A stretch of 60,066 nt of DNA, filler included, from Squatina squatina (lineage: Eukaryota): NCBI GenBank assembly GCA_031763465.1. It is 3 parts of 2 records of this genome, joined end to end, with 100 filler letters (N's around TTAATTAATTAA, not from the genome) between each part and the next. Parts side by side here need not be neighbours in the genome. Positions count along the whole stretch, not along the records: positions 1 to 18,914 come from JARFOE010000013.1; positions 19,015 to 45,868 come from JARFOE010000219.1; 1 more part is not named here. The stretch is one strand, 5' to 3'. Within the stretch, counting starts at the first letter, position 1; each line of letters begins with the position of its first letter. Positions 9,531 to 21,952 of the stretch are shown in pieces. Below the pieces are notes generated by a model. It was not told the DNA's origin. It was given only the letters and a program-made list of their open reading frames with translations, and made no database searches. The position numbers and the translations under genes are program-made.

Positions 9531-12415
9531 AATTAGGGGGAGGGGGAAAAAAAACAGACAAAGTCTGGTTTTAAAGGGAAAAGGGAGAGAGATGCTGTAC
9601 GTGTGAGAGAAAGAAGCCAGCACAAAGGCAGCTCTACACTCTCTGCTTTGCCAGCTCCACCTAACATTTCATTATTTACAAAAAAAAAAGCCTGGCTGCT
9701 TATTTACCATGACTTAGTCTTAAGAGCACTGAGCTGAACCGAAGGAGTGGCCAGAAAGCACTTCAGCCCATCTCTCTCAAATTCTTTTATTTCAGTGATG
9801 CATTAAGCGATGTCCCCGCTGACTTATTCTCCTCTTCCTGGTGCGGATAAAGCTGTCCCCTGGGGCTTGCCGCAATTTCCAGCTTCTCTGAATTCAGGTA
9901 TTAGTAAAGACCGCTTGGGGACACACAACAATATAACTCTACATTTTCAGGCATTCTGAAAGAAGCCCCTCAGGGGTCTCGGGTTCAAATTTCTGAAATG
10001 TAGGCATTGTAACAGCATCCTCGGGGGATCCCGGCAATAGAAATCTGCTGAATTCAAAGCATTTCCTCGGCCCGAGCAGGAGCTTTCTTTNNNNNNNNNN
10101 NNNNNNNNNNNNNNNNNNNNNNNNNNNNNNNNNNNNNNNNNNNNNNNNNNNNNNNNNNNNNNNNNNNNNNNNNNNNNNNNNNNNNNNNNNNNNNNNNNNN
10201 NNNNNNNNNNNNNNNNNNNNNNNNNNNNNNNNNNNNNNNNNNNNNNNNNNNNNNNNNNNNNNNNNNNNNNNNNNNNNNNNNNNNNNNNNNNNNNNNNNNN
10301 NNNNNNNNNNNNNNNNNNNNNNNNNNNNNNNNNNNNNNNNNNNNNNNNNNNNNNNNNNNNNNNNNNNNNNNNNNNNNNNNNNNNNNNNNNNNNNNNNNNN
10401 NNNNNNNNNNNNNNNNNNNNNNNNNNNNNNNNNNNNNNNNNNNNNNNNNNNNNNNNNNNNNNNNNNNTGACACACACACTCTTGCACTTGCGCACTCACT
10501 CACACATACACATCCTTTTACCCATCATCTCTCATGTTTAATACATGACACACAGGGACAGAGCTAAACTTCTCGAGGGGAGAATTTTTAAAAAACTACG
10601 CACGCACGTGCCTGACACACTTAAAGTCAGGAGGACAATTAACCGCTCCGGACTTGAAGCCTGAGGCATTGACCATGTCCACAAGCATCAAGATTTGGTG
10701 ACCCTCTTGAGCTAGGCCGAGGCTTCGAGGGCCAAGCCAGCGCCGGAATTTTCCCAGTGACAGCTGACTGGTTGGCGAGGTAATCTGATCAAAGGCTGAT
10801 ATTAAATCCAACTTCTGCTCATATCAGGGTATTAAGTGATGTACGGCTTAATAACCCCAGCGGCTCCGAGAGTGCTGCCTTGGCAACTGGATGGAAATTG
10901 GGATAATAATGTATTCATGGCAGTAGCGACCTGGGGCTGCAGAGTAGGCTCTCAGGGGAGAGCACTTCACCCTGAGCTAGACTTGTCTGGGCAAAATCAC
11001 TTTACAATAGACAGGAACAGAATACTGACGAGCTCGGGAACTGATGAACACATCGATATGGGAAAGAGTGAAATGAAGTGAAGGGGGGGAGAGAGAGAGA
11101 GAGAGAGAGAGAGGAAAGAAACATCTCGACAGAACAGGCTGAGTGGTGCTTCTTTGAAAAATTGATGGGCCTCAAAAGCACGAAAGCACTCACAGAAAAA
11201 NNNNNNNNNNNNNNNNNNNNNNNNNNNNNNNNNNNNNNNNNNNNNNNNNNNNNNNNNNNNNNNNNNNNNNNNNNNNNNNNNNNNNNNNNNNNNNNNNNNN
11301 AACCACTTGTTAAGGTAAGTCAACCACATTTGCACTTTCTAGCAAAGCCTACAACCCAATTTAGTTTAACAAAATCGCGATTAAAAAAAAAAAAATTGCG
11401 TTCATTTTAATGATTAAACTTTCCTCCCCACCGGGTGACACCGCCAAAAAAACCCCGGCGGTGTCACCGCTACTTTTAAATACCAGTAACTGACCTGAAT
11501 TGTCTGGCGGCTGGCCATTTTCAGTGTTGCGCGCACTGATGACGTCATGGACACCACCTAATGCTGTACGCTGAGTTTCTGGCGCTGCATGGGCAGCACC
11601 ATTTTGTAGGCTGCGTTAGGCCCTGACCAATTGCCCGGTGCAGCAGTTACCGGTGGTCGAATGCCGTTTTAATGACACTTACTGGCAGGCGGTAAGTATC
11701 AAATTGGCCGCCCTAGCAGCGTTGTCCTGTGGATTCACACACATTGGGAGCTGGTTGACACTGTCCCAGCTAAAGGTGGTTACAACTAACAGAGGCAGGA
11801 GGGCTACAGTTAATAGAGACAGAAGACTTATTTGTTCATCTGGAATGTATTAGAAATGTGATTAATGATACGGAGACATCTGCTCTTTAACACAGTGTCT
11901 GACTGTACGAGGCTTTCGTTTTAGTTGCCAATTGTAATTGGAAACCAGGACACAAAATGCCGATAGTTTCGAGCCCGGGCTCTGTCATTTTTGTTTCTAC
12001 TCGCGCTAATTATTAATGAGTAGGATTGAGTAAATGTTGAATCGCGGAGCGGCAGGTATTTTTTTTTTGCTGTAGGCCGATTTTTTTTCTTTACGAAGCG
12101 TTGCGGCTTGCAACAGCACTGTGACCTAAACGACAGGACAGGTAATCAATTCTGTACGGGAGTCTCGACTGCCGATCAAGTAAGATAATTGCAGCCTTAT
12201 TTTATCATCACAGTTCGACAAATTACCACAGAGAGTGAAAAGAACAGGGAATCTGAAACTTAATTAACATCTGCCGCTANNNNNNNNNNNNNNNNNNNNN
12301 NNNNNNNNNNNNNNNNNNNNNNNNNNNNNNNNNNNNNNNNNNNNNNNNNNNNNNNNNNNNNNNNNNNNNNNNNNNNNNNAGCGTTTACTGACATGGAGTG
12401 ATTGATGTTTTGCAG

Positions 12416-14691
12416 ACGGTGCTGATGGGGAAGATGACCCCTCCTGCTCGTGGCCACCCTCATCACCATCCAGCAAGGACCACGCTTCACCCAGCCACGG
12501 GGACGGTTGCGACTTTGGCGAGGAGGAAGGCGGCCCGGGGCTGCCGTACCCCTGCCAGTTCTGCGACAAGTCTTTCAGCCGTCTCAGCTACCTGAAGCAC
12601 CATGAGCAGAGCCACAGCGACAAGCTGCCCTTCAAGTGCACCTTCTGCAGCCGCCTCTTCAAGCACAAACGCAGCCGCGACCGCCACATCAAGCTGCACA
12701 CCGGGGACAAGAAGTACCACTGCAGCGAGTGTGACGCTGCCTTCTCCCGCAGCGACCACCTGAAGATTCACCTCAAGACCCACACCTCCAGCAAGCCCTA
12801 CAAGTGCGCCATCTGCCGGCGGGGCTTCCTGACCTCCAGCTCACTCCACGGCCACATGCAGGTGCACGAGAAGAACAAAGACGGCTCGCTGTCACGGCTG
12901 GAGGAGTGGAAGCTGCGAGACGCACAGAAGTGCAGCCAGTGCGAGGAGGGCTTTGACCTGCCCGAGGACCTGCAGAAGCACATCGCCGAGTGCCACCCGG
13001 AATGCTCGCCCAGCGAGGACCNNNNNNNNNNNNNNNNNNNNNNNNNNNNNNNNNNNNNNNNNNNNNNNNNNNNNNNNNNNNNNNNNNNNNNNNNNNNNNN
13101 NNNNNNNNNNNNNNNNNNNNNNNNNNNNNNNNNNNNNNNNNNNNNNNNNNNNNNNNNNNNNNNNNNNNNNNNNNNNNNNNNNNNNNNNNNNNNNNNNNNN
13201 NNNNNNNNNNNNNNNNNNNNNNNNNNNNNNNNNNNNNNNNNNNNNNNNNNNNNNNNNNNNNNNNNNNNNNNNNNNNNNNNNNNNNNNNNNNNNNNNNNNN
13301 NNNNNNNNNNNNNNNNNNNNNNNNNNNNNNNNNNNNNNNNNNNNNNNNNNNNNNNNNNNNNNNNNNNNNNNNNNNNNNNNNNNNNNNNNNNNNNNNNNNN
13401 NNNNNNNNNNNNNNNNNNNNNNNNNNNNNNNNNNNNNNNNNNNNNNNNNNNNNNNNNNNNNNNNNNNNNNNNNNNNNNNNNNNNNNNNNNNNNNNNNNNN
13501 NNNNNNNNNNNNNNNNNNNNNNNNNNNNNNNNNNNNNNNNNNNNNNNNNNNNNNNNNNNNNNNNNNNNNNNNNNNNNNNNNNNNNNNNNNNNNNNNNNNN
13601 NNNNNNNNNNNNNNNNNNNNNNNNNNNNNNNNNNNNNNNNNNNNNNNNNNNNNNNNNNNNNNNNNNNNNNNNNNNNNNNNNNNNNNNNNNNNNNNNNNNN
13701 NNNNNNNNNNNNNNNNNNNNNNNNNNNNNNNNNNNNNNNNNNNNNNNNNNNNNNNNNNNNNNNNNNNNNNNNNNNNNNNNNNNNNNNNNNNNNNNNNNNN
13801 NNNNNNNNNNNNNNNNNNNNNNNNNNNNNNNNNNNNNNNNNNNNGGGGGCCTCCAAGGACCCGGTGATGGAGGTCTACTCTTGCTCATACTGCACCAACT
13901 CCCCAATATTCAACAGCGTCCTCAAGCTGAACAAGCACATCAAGGAGAATCACAAGAACATCCCGCTGGCGCTCAATTACAACAACGGCAGCAAGAAATC
14001 CAGCCGGGCCACCAGCCCTCTGTCGCCGCTGAGCGTGGAGCAAAGCTCCGTTAAGGTGGTGCACAGCGGGGGCACTGGGCCGTCGCACGGGGCGGGTGAG
14101 TATTGCTGCAACCAGTGCGCCGGAAAATTCGCCTCCTTCGACAGCTTTCAGACGCACCTGAAGACCCACCTGGGCACCGCTGCGAAGAAGTTGTCTTGCC
14201 CGCAGTGCAGCAAGGAATTCCCGTCCCAAGAGTCCTTGCTCAAGCACGTCACTGTCCACTTCATGATCACCTCGACCTATTACATCTGCGAGAGCTGCGA
14301 TAAGCAGTTCACCTCGGTGGATGACTTGCAGAAGCACCTCCTGGACATGCACACTTTTGTCTTCTTCCGCTGCACCCTGTGCCAGGAGGTCTTCGACTCC
14401 AAGGTCTCCATCCAGCTCCATCTGGCCGTCAAGCACAGCAACGAGAAGAAAGTCTACCGCTGCACCTCCTGCAACTGGGACTTCCGGAACGAGACGGACC
14501 TCCAGGTCCATGTCAAGCACAACCACCTCGACCACCAGGGCAAGATGCACAAGTGCATCTTCTGCGGCGAGATCTTCGGCACGGAGGTAGAGCTCCAGTG
14601 CCACATCACCACCCACAGCAAGAAGTACAACTGCAAGTTCTGCAGCAAAGCCTTCCACGCCATCATCCTGCTGGAGAAGCACTTGAGGGAG
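12416..14691 (+). CDS. ZNF521: ZNF521 large C2H2 zinc-finger exon, first part (internal gap 13022-13844)
   Basis: TTTTGCAG acceptor, then [22 protein letters not shown]...[37 protein letters not shown]. These residues match ZNF521 rather than ZNF423. Continues to LLEKHLRE. Confidence 0.95.
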
Positions 14692-14815
14692 GAAGGAATA
14701 GAAGGTTGTGCTGGTTGGATGAGATGGGGGATGGGAGGAGGCTCGTGTGGAGAATAAACACTGTCGTGGACCTGATGGGCCGAATGGCCTGTTTTGGTGC
14801 TGCAAACACTATGTA
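14692..14815 (+). mobile_element. CR1-type LINE 3' end fused to ZNF521 coding sequence
   Basis: Aligns by eye to about 5520-5635 (GGAATAGAAGG...GGAGGCT.GTGTGGAG...TGGGCCGAATGG). Confidence 0.8.
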
Positions 14816-15096
14816 TGTAATCGTGTGCAATGTAAGATGCTGGGCCTATGTACTTGAAGAGAAATAGATGAGTGATCATTCAAAACAGCTGCAGAGTACA
14901 GAGGGCAAGGCAGTTCTCTCGATCGGCTCTACTATCAACATGAAGCACTGCAGCAACTCGCCGAGGCTTCTTCGGCAGCACCTCCCAAACAAACCCNNNN
15001 NNNNNNNNNNNNNNNNNNNNNNNNNNNNNNNNNNNNNNNNNNNNNNNNNNNNNNNNNNNNNNNNNNNNNNNNNNNNNNNNNNNNNNNNNNNNNNNN

Positions 15097-16173
15097 AGGG
15101 AGAAGCACTGCGTCTTCGAGGCCAAGCCCCAGAACTGCGGCTCCTCCAACGGCTCAGGGGAACAGGTCCACAAGGAGGAGGCCGAGCTGCAGAGCATCCT
15201 CAGCAACCACCAGGAGTCCCACAACAGCCGCGACGGCAGCGAAGAAGACGTCGACACCTCGGAGACCATGTACGCGTGCGACATCTGCGGGGCGGCCTAC
15301 ACGATGGACTCGCTGCTGCAGAACCACCAGCTGCGCGACCACAACATCCGGCCGGGCGAGAGCGCCATCGTTAAGAAGAAAGCCGAACTGATCAAGGGCA
15401 ACTACAAGTGCAACGTCTGCTCCAGAACCTTCTTCTCCGAGAGCGGCCTGCGCGAGCACACGCAGACCCACCTGGGGCCGGTGAAACACTACATGTGCCC
15501 CATTTGCGGGGAGCGCTTCCCCTCGCTCCTCACCCTCACCGAGCACAAGGTCACCCACAGCAAAAGTCTGGACACCGGCACCTGCCGGATTTGTAAGATG
15601 CCCCTCCAGTCCGAGGAGGAGTTCCTGGAACATTGTCAGATGCACCCCGACCTCCGCAATTCTCTGACTGGCTTCCGCTGTGTGGTCTGCATGCAGACCG
15701 TCACCTCGACCCTGGAGTTAAAAATCCACGGGACGTTCCACATGCAGAAGACGGGCAACGGCTCCAGCGCCCAGCCCACCCCTCGCGCCCAGCCGCTGCA
15801 GAAACTGTACAAGTGCGCCTCCTGCCTTAAGGAGTTCCGCTCGAAGCAGGACTTGGTGAAGCTGGACATCAACGGGCTGCCGTACGGGCTGTGCGCCAAC
15901 TGTGTCACCGGCAACAAGCACATCAGCCCGAGCATCAGTCTCAATCTCAACGGCAACCGGCAGATCTCCAACCAGAGCCCCGCTGAGAGCAAGGCCAAGG
16001 GCGGAGGGGTGAAAACCCGCTGCCTGAACTGCAACGTGAAGTTCGAGTCCGAGAGTGAGCTCCAGAACCACATCCAGACTGTTCACACTGAGCTGGTTCC
16101 GGACACCAACAATCACCTGAAAACTCCCCAGGTCTCGCCCATGCCCAAAGTCAGCCCATCACAACCGGAGGAG
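15097..16173 (+). CDS. ZNF521: ZNF521 large exon, second part
   Basis: REKHCVFE...[12 protein letters not shown]...[11 protein letters not shown]...[19 protein letters not shown] then a GTAATT donor. Confidence 0.95.
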
Positions 16174-16330
16174 GTAATTACCAAACAAATCAGTGATACC
16201 GCAGGGGTTTCCGATCTGCCGCAGGGCGTTNNNNNNNNNNNNNNNNNNNNNNNNNNNNNNNNNNNNNNNNNNNNNNNNNNNNNNNNNNNNNNNNNNNNNN
16301 NNNNNNNNNNNNNNNNNNNNNNNNNNNNNN

Positions 16331-16590
16331 AGGAAGATGTTGGTGCGACGACACAGCTTTGCTTTACCCCAGTTTGCACTTGTATTGGGTCTGTGGTTGA
16401 GTCGTTGGTGAGGACCACAGCTTGCGTGTCATCGTGGAGCAGGTGGAGGACGGTGACAAATTTTTGCGGGCAGCCAAATTGGCGGAGAACCCTCCATAAT
16501 TCCTCCCGGTTGACCGAGCCGAAGGCCTTTGCGAGGTCAAAAAAGGCCATGTACAGAGGTTGATGCTGCTCTCTGCACTTTTCTTGGGCC
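16331..16590 (-). mobile_element. RTE-clade LINE reverse transcriptase fragment
   Basis: QEKCREQHQPLYMAFFDLAKAFGSVNREELW...GVKQSCVVAPT. Confidence 0.85.
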
Positions 16591-16800
16591 AATATTTATC
16601 CCTCACCCAACATCACTGAAAAACAGATGATCCGGTCATTATCACATTGCTGTTTGTGGGAGCTTGCTGTGCGCAAATTGGCTGCCGCGTTTCCCACAGG
16701 ACAACAGTGACGACACTTCAAAAAGTGCTTCATTGGCTGTGAAGCACTTTGGGATATCCTGAGGTCGTGAACAGTGCCGGAGAAATCCAGGCCTTTCTAT
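16586..16800 (+). mobile_element. Deu-SINE-like core and tail
   Basis: Resembles the shark SINE core as recalled; diverged copy at 35265-35600, antisense tails at 3230-3298 and 55320-55402. Confidence 0.65.
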
Positions 16801-17656
16801 CTGCGAACGAGAGAAAATAGACAGAGGAGCAGCATCTCCACAAGCCCAATTGCCTTCCGGAGCTTGACAAAAGGCAACATATAACATCGGACAATCACGT
16901 ACCTTTGAATGATTAGATTATCCTTGCTCATTAACGAGTGGAAAACGTAATTATGATATTATAAAAAAAAGTAATTTATCCGGTATAATGTGCCAATCAC
17001 TTCAGTGAGAGATAGTCGTTAAAGGTTGTCTTAGATACGCGCTTTACCTTTAGCACATGCTAAGCCAGTTTTAAGATTCGTAAATTATGTAATTTAATTT
17101 CCATTAACTACTTTATAATCTGCTGAATGTGCCAATTATAAAGATAAATGAAATGTCTGCCTTAAGCAATTAAACTGCCAGTGTATCGCCGGGTCTTTGA
17201 CAATAGTGAAGTGCTTAGATGAGGCAGTGAAATTAAATTTGTGGCTTTGATATTCTTTACCTAAACATTTTAACCCTTTCAAGTACAGGGTTTCTCGGCT
17301 CTGGAAGTCTTCGGTGCACCGGCTTTGCAGCTTTCAGGAGTTTGCAGGCGAGATGACTGTCACAAAGCAGCAAGCCCCCAAACGGAGCTTGTCCTATTGC
17401 AGTGTTTCTGTGTCACACGGGATCGGGGGGGGGGACAGGCCAATTCCTCAGTGGCTCCGCGGATAATTTCGCCAGGTAGTGGAGTACTTTCAGCAACAGC
17501 AACTGGCATTTACAGCACAGTGTTAAAAAGAGAGGATTTTCACTTTAAGGCAGGTCATGGATTCCTCTCTTGGATTTCCAGTGTGTCTACGCTTTGAGGA
17601 AGAGGATGAACAAATACAGAGGAGGAGGGGGATTGAAACCAGGGGAGTGACATCAT

Positions 17657-17835
17657 TCCTTCCTCCTCCACCTCTTCCACCTCCTCATCTCCTCCTCCTC
17701 CTCCTCTTCCTTCTCCTCCTCTTCCTTCTCCTCCTCCTCATCATCATCTCTTCTACCTCCCCCTCCTCCTCTTCTACCTCCCCCTCCTCCTCCTCCTCAT
17801 CATCATCATCATCTCTTCTACCTCCCCCTCCTCCT
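17657..17835. repeat. (CCT/CTT/CAT)n low-complexity tract
   Basis: Directly visible; runs into a gap. Confidence 0.9.
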
Positions 17836-17935
17836 NNNNNNNNNNNNNNNNNNNNNNNNNNNNNNNNNNNNNNNNNNNNNNNNNNNNNNNNNNNNNNNNN
17901 NNNNNNNNNNNNNNNNNNNNNNNNNNNNNNNNNNN

Positions 17936-18096
17936 CCTCTGACGGTGCGGCGCTACCTCAGTACTGTCCCCCCGACAATGCGGCGCTCCCTCCCACTGAG
18001 AGTGTCAGCCTAGCATTTTGTGCTGAAGTCCCTGGAGTGGGGCTCGAACCCACAACCTCCGAGTCCGAGGCAAGATGTTACCCATGGAGCCACGAC
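17936..18096 (-). mobile_element. tRNA-derived SINE head
   Basis: B box GGTTCGAGCCC on the minus strand; similar to 1380-1537. Confidence 0.65.
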
Positions 18097-18699
18097 TCAG
18101 ATGCAAGTTGCTGTTGTTGAAAAGAAGAAAACACGTGAGTGAGGGGGATAAAATGCCGATGCTGCTCCCAGGGAGGTTTCGGCTCCAGTAACATGGCTGC
18201 AGGATTGTCTTTACTGTAATACTGTCGTCTGTAGACTGATGAAGTTCAAAGCAAAGCGTTTCCTCTATTTGTTTTGCATTAATAAATGTGTGATTTTCAT
18301 TACTGCATGTTTGAATAACATAATTACTTTATCTCGCCGAACCAAAGCGCAAACCTTTTTCAATTAAGCAATAATAAATGAGAATGATGCAAACATCGGG
18401 GAATAATGCACATCGAGATTAGTTAGGGTGCCAACCAAAGCTCATTGCCCAATCTAATCCTAAAGTGCATTATTCACCAATAACGCATGCTTTTGAATTC
18501 ATTATTATGTCTGTGTAAAACCCTCCAAAGTACAGCATAATTTATGAAATTCAGCTGCGCTATTATCTAATGGACCTACTTGTCATTTTAATTAATTAAA
18601 AATTAAACAGCCTGTGTTTTAAGTATAGCTGGGCCACAGTATAAACAGCAAAGTTGGAATGGTGTCAACACCTCGGAAAAGTTGTTATCGAGGACAGGA

Positions 18700-18880
18700 G
18701 GCTTATCTTTCAGGGGAGAGAGTGATAGAATTTTGGACTCCAGGGGAATCAAGGGGTTAACTGATCGGGCGGGAAGGTGGCGTTGAGGTAGAAGATCGGC
18801 CGTGATCTTATTGATGGCGGAGCAGGCTCGACGGGCCGAATGGCCGACTCCTGCTCCAAATACTTATGTCCTTATGTTTT
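18700..18880 (+). mobile_element. CR1-type LINE 3' end
   Basis: Matches 7990-8160. Confidence 0.75.
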
Positions 18881-18914
18881 CTAGTGCCCAGTGAACATAA
18901 GAAGATAAGAAATA

Positions 18915-19014
18915 NNNNNNNNNNNNNNNNNNNNNNNNNNNNNNNNNNNNNNNNNNNNTTAATTAATTAANNNNNNNNNNNNNNNNNNNNNNNNNNNNNN
19001 NNNNNNNNNNNNNN
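18915..19014. other. Artificial scaffold spacer (44 N + TTAATTAATTAA + 44 N)
   Basis: Exactly 100 bp; the 12-mer has stops in all six frames; identical construct at 45869-45968. Confidence 0.95.
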
Positions 19015-21580
19015 CAATCTGTGTTCTCTTTTTAAAGATTTATGCAACAGTCCATGTCAGCAAGGAGATGTGCTTCAACAGGATTCCCGTACCTTACAAC
19101 TGCACAGCATGCCTGCTTCGAGTTAACGCAATGTTCATCTCCTGGACATGACAGATGGCCCTTCAAAGTCGGGCAAGAATCACCCTAATCTTGAAATCTG
19201 CTGAAGAGAAGCAGTGTGGTGCATTGTGGATGGGGACATTTTACAGTGACAGTATTTTCCTCTTTTAAGCAGAGAGATTTATATTTTTAACCTGTTAACA
19301 TGCTATATATCATCTCCCATTTGCAAGTCTCATTTGGAAAATTGAAAAAAAGAGCCACTGAAGCTACTTTGTGTTGATGAGATTTCCCTGTCAAGACACT
19401 ATGGCAAATACTGTCAATTCAGATCTGTAATAATAAACCCACAACAATGGTCCTGCACCACAGTTTAAGCAACTTTCATAAAAATTACAAGCTGAATTTC
19501 TCCATTACTGCAGAATTTAATTGCCTCTCATCCAATTACAAAATGTGATGGAGCTGCAATTAGAATCTATCTTTAGATTTAAATTACCCTCTGCATTTTT
19601 ATCTTTAGGGACAGAATGATTAAACAGAGTAATCCTTGAATAATAACTTGCACCTAATAGCAACAGAAAGGATTTATCGGCTTTTAGATGAGTGAAGCTA
19701 TAAAATTAACCACCTTTACTAATACATACAAAGAGTCTGTCAAACCTAATTTATTCTCAGTTAAACTTTTGAAGCTAAAGATGAGCTGTAATTATCCCGA
19801 GGGTCACCATTGTCACGTCAGGGGAGGNNNNNNNNNNNNNNNNNNNNNNNNNNNNNNNNNNNNNNNNNNNNNNNNNNNNNNNNNNNNNNNNNNNNNNNNN
19901 NNNNNNNNNNNNNNNNNNNNNNNNNNNNNNNNNNNNNNNNNNNNNNNNNNNNNNNNNNNNNNNNNNNNNNNNNNNNNNNNNNNNNNNNNNNNNNNNNNNN
20001 NNNNNNNNNNNNNNNNNNNNNNNNNNNNNNNNNNNNNNNNNNNNNNNNNNNNNNNNNNNNNNNNNNNNNNNNNNNNNNNNNNNNNNNNNNNNNNNNNNNN
20101 NNNNNNNNNNNNNNNNNNNNNNNNNNNNNNNNNNNNNNNNNNNNNNNNNNNNNNNNNNNNNNNNNNNNNNNNNNNNNNNNNNNNNNNNNNNNNNNNNNNN
20201 NNNNNNNNNNNNNNNNNNNNNNNNNNNNNNNNNNNNNNNNNNNNNNNNNNNNNNNNNNNNNNNNNNNNNNNNNNNNNNNNNNNNNNNNNNNNNNNNNNNN
20301 NNNNNNNNNNNNNNNNNNNNNNNNNNNNNNNNNNNNNNNNNNNNNNNNNNNNNNNNNNNNNNNNNNNNNNNNNNNNNNNNNNNNNNNNNNNNNNNNNNNN
20401 NNNNNNNNNNNNNNNNNNNNNNNNNNNNNNNNNNNNNNNNNNNNNNNNNNNNNNNNNNNNNNNNNNNNNNNNNNNNNNNNNNNNNNNNNNNNNNNNNNNN
20501 NNNNNNNNNNNNNNNNNNNNNNNNNNNNNNNNNNNNNNNNNNNNNNNNNNNNNNNNNNNNNNNNNNNNNNNNNNNNNNNNNNNNNNNNNNNNNNNGTGCA
20601 ACACCACTGAAACCTGCACTTTCACATAAACATCCCTAAAGAAACGGACAAAAAAATGGATCCTGCTAATAATGCCTTAATTTTAAAAATCCGTGTGAGG
20701 CACAGATTGAAGTAACCAAGCTCATTTAAGTTAAAAAATACAAATTAAAATAAATTATAACTATCAGGCAGCAATGCATGTTATTGCTAAATACATAATT
20801 ACACACACAATTACTGCATACTTTAGTGTATTATCAGCATCTATGGAACCTACATCACTCTATCTGCACTCCTAACAAGCATATACTCACTACAATGGTA
20901 ATGACAAGATTTTTTCACCAATTACAAATTGATCATTTGCAAATTCATCTAAAACAGTCTAATTTCATCTTAGTTTGGTCTGTCATTCAAAGTAGCGCAC
21001 TTTTCTTGCACTTCAGGAAATTAGATCAAACTGGAAACTGTGGACAATACTTCGATCAGCTGAATGGTCGGATATTCATGGTGCGAAATTCACTGTTCCC
21101 TATTGCCTGGGGAGCACCTCCAGGAGGCGCTCCCAGGGTGATCAGCTGATTTCGCCGGCTGGTGCGGCATACGGGGGCAGGTTTGCGGAGGTGCCCACAG
21201 GACGCACCTCCTCTCCAGGGCGCGGCGAGAACCTTGTCAGCGTATGGTGATAGTGACATCATCACCCTGCACGCCGCCCCCTGAGCGACCCGGCACAGAA
21301 TTGGGATCCAGAAACGGTGNNNNNNNNNNNNNNNNNNNNNNNNNNNNNNNNNNNNNNNNNNNNNNNNNNNNNNNNNNNNNNNNNNNNNNNNNNNNNNNNN
21401 NNNNNNNNNNNNNNNNNNNACATGAAAAGTACATAGAGAGGACTCAGTAGAATAAATTACATTTCAATATATTACAATAAACTGGAATCATTTTGAAAGA
21501 TATAATCATTATTATTTCATATTTGATGTCTAAATGACTTAACTTGCACACTGAATTCGATCTTGGCTGTGTCATACTTA

Positions 21581-21952
<372 letters not shown>

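Noticed and set aside
9939-10503. Long ORFs across N runs (also 12773-13906 and 19688-20629)
   Set aside because: Their length comes from translated Ns.
5244-12379. Loss of SS18 and PSMA8 (and of CYB5A in block 3)
   Set aside because: Known genes here also lack many exons, so absence is explained by gaps.
13885-16116. Antisense and alternative-frame ORFs over ZNF521
   Set aside because: Expected shadows of a coding exon with GC-rich third positions.
17557-18120. 187-aa ORF with poly-L/S/P
   Set aside because: Translation of a trinucleotide tract, a gap and a SINE.
18959-18970. TTAATTAATTAA as a biological motif
   Set aside because: Centred in N padding and repeated identically at 45913-45924, so it is a synthetic linker.
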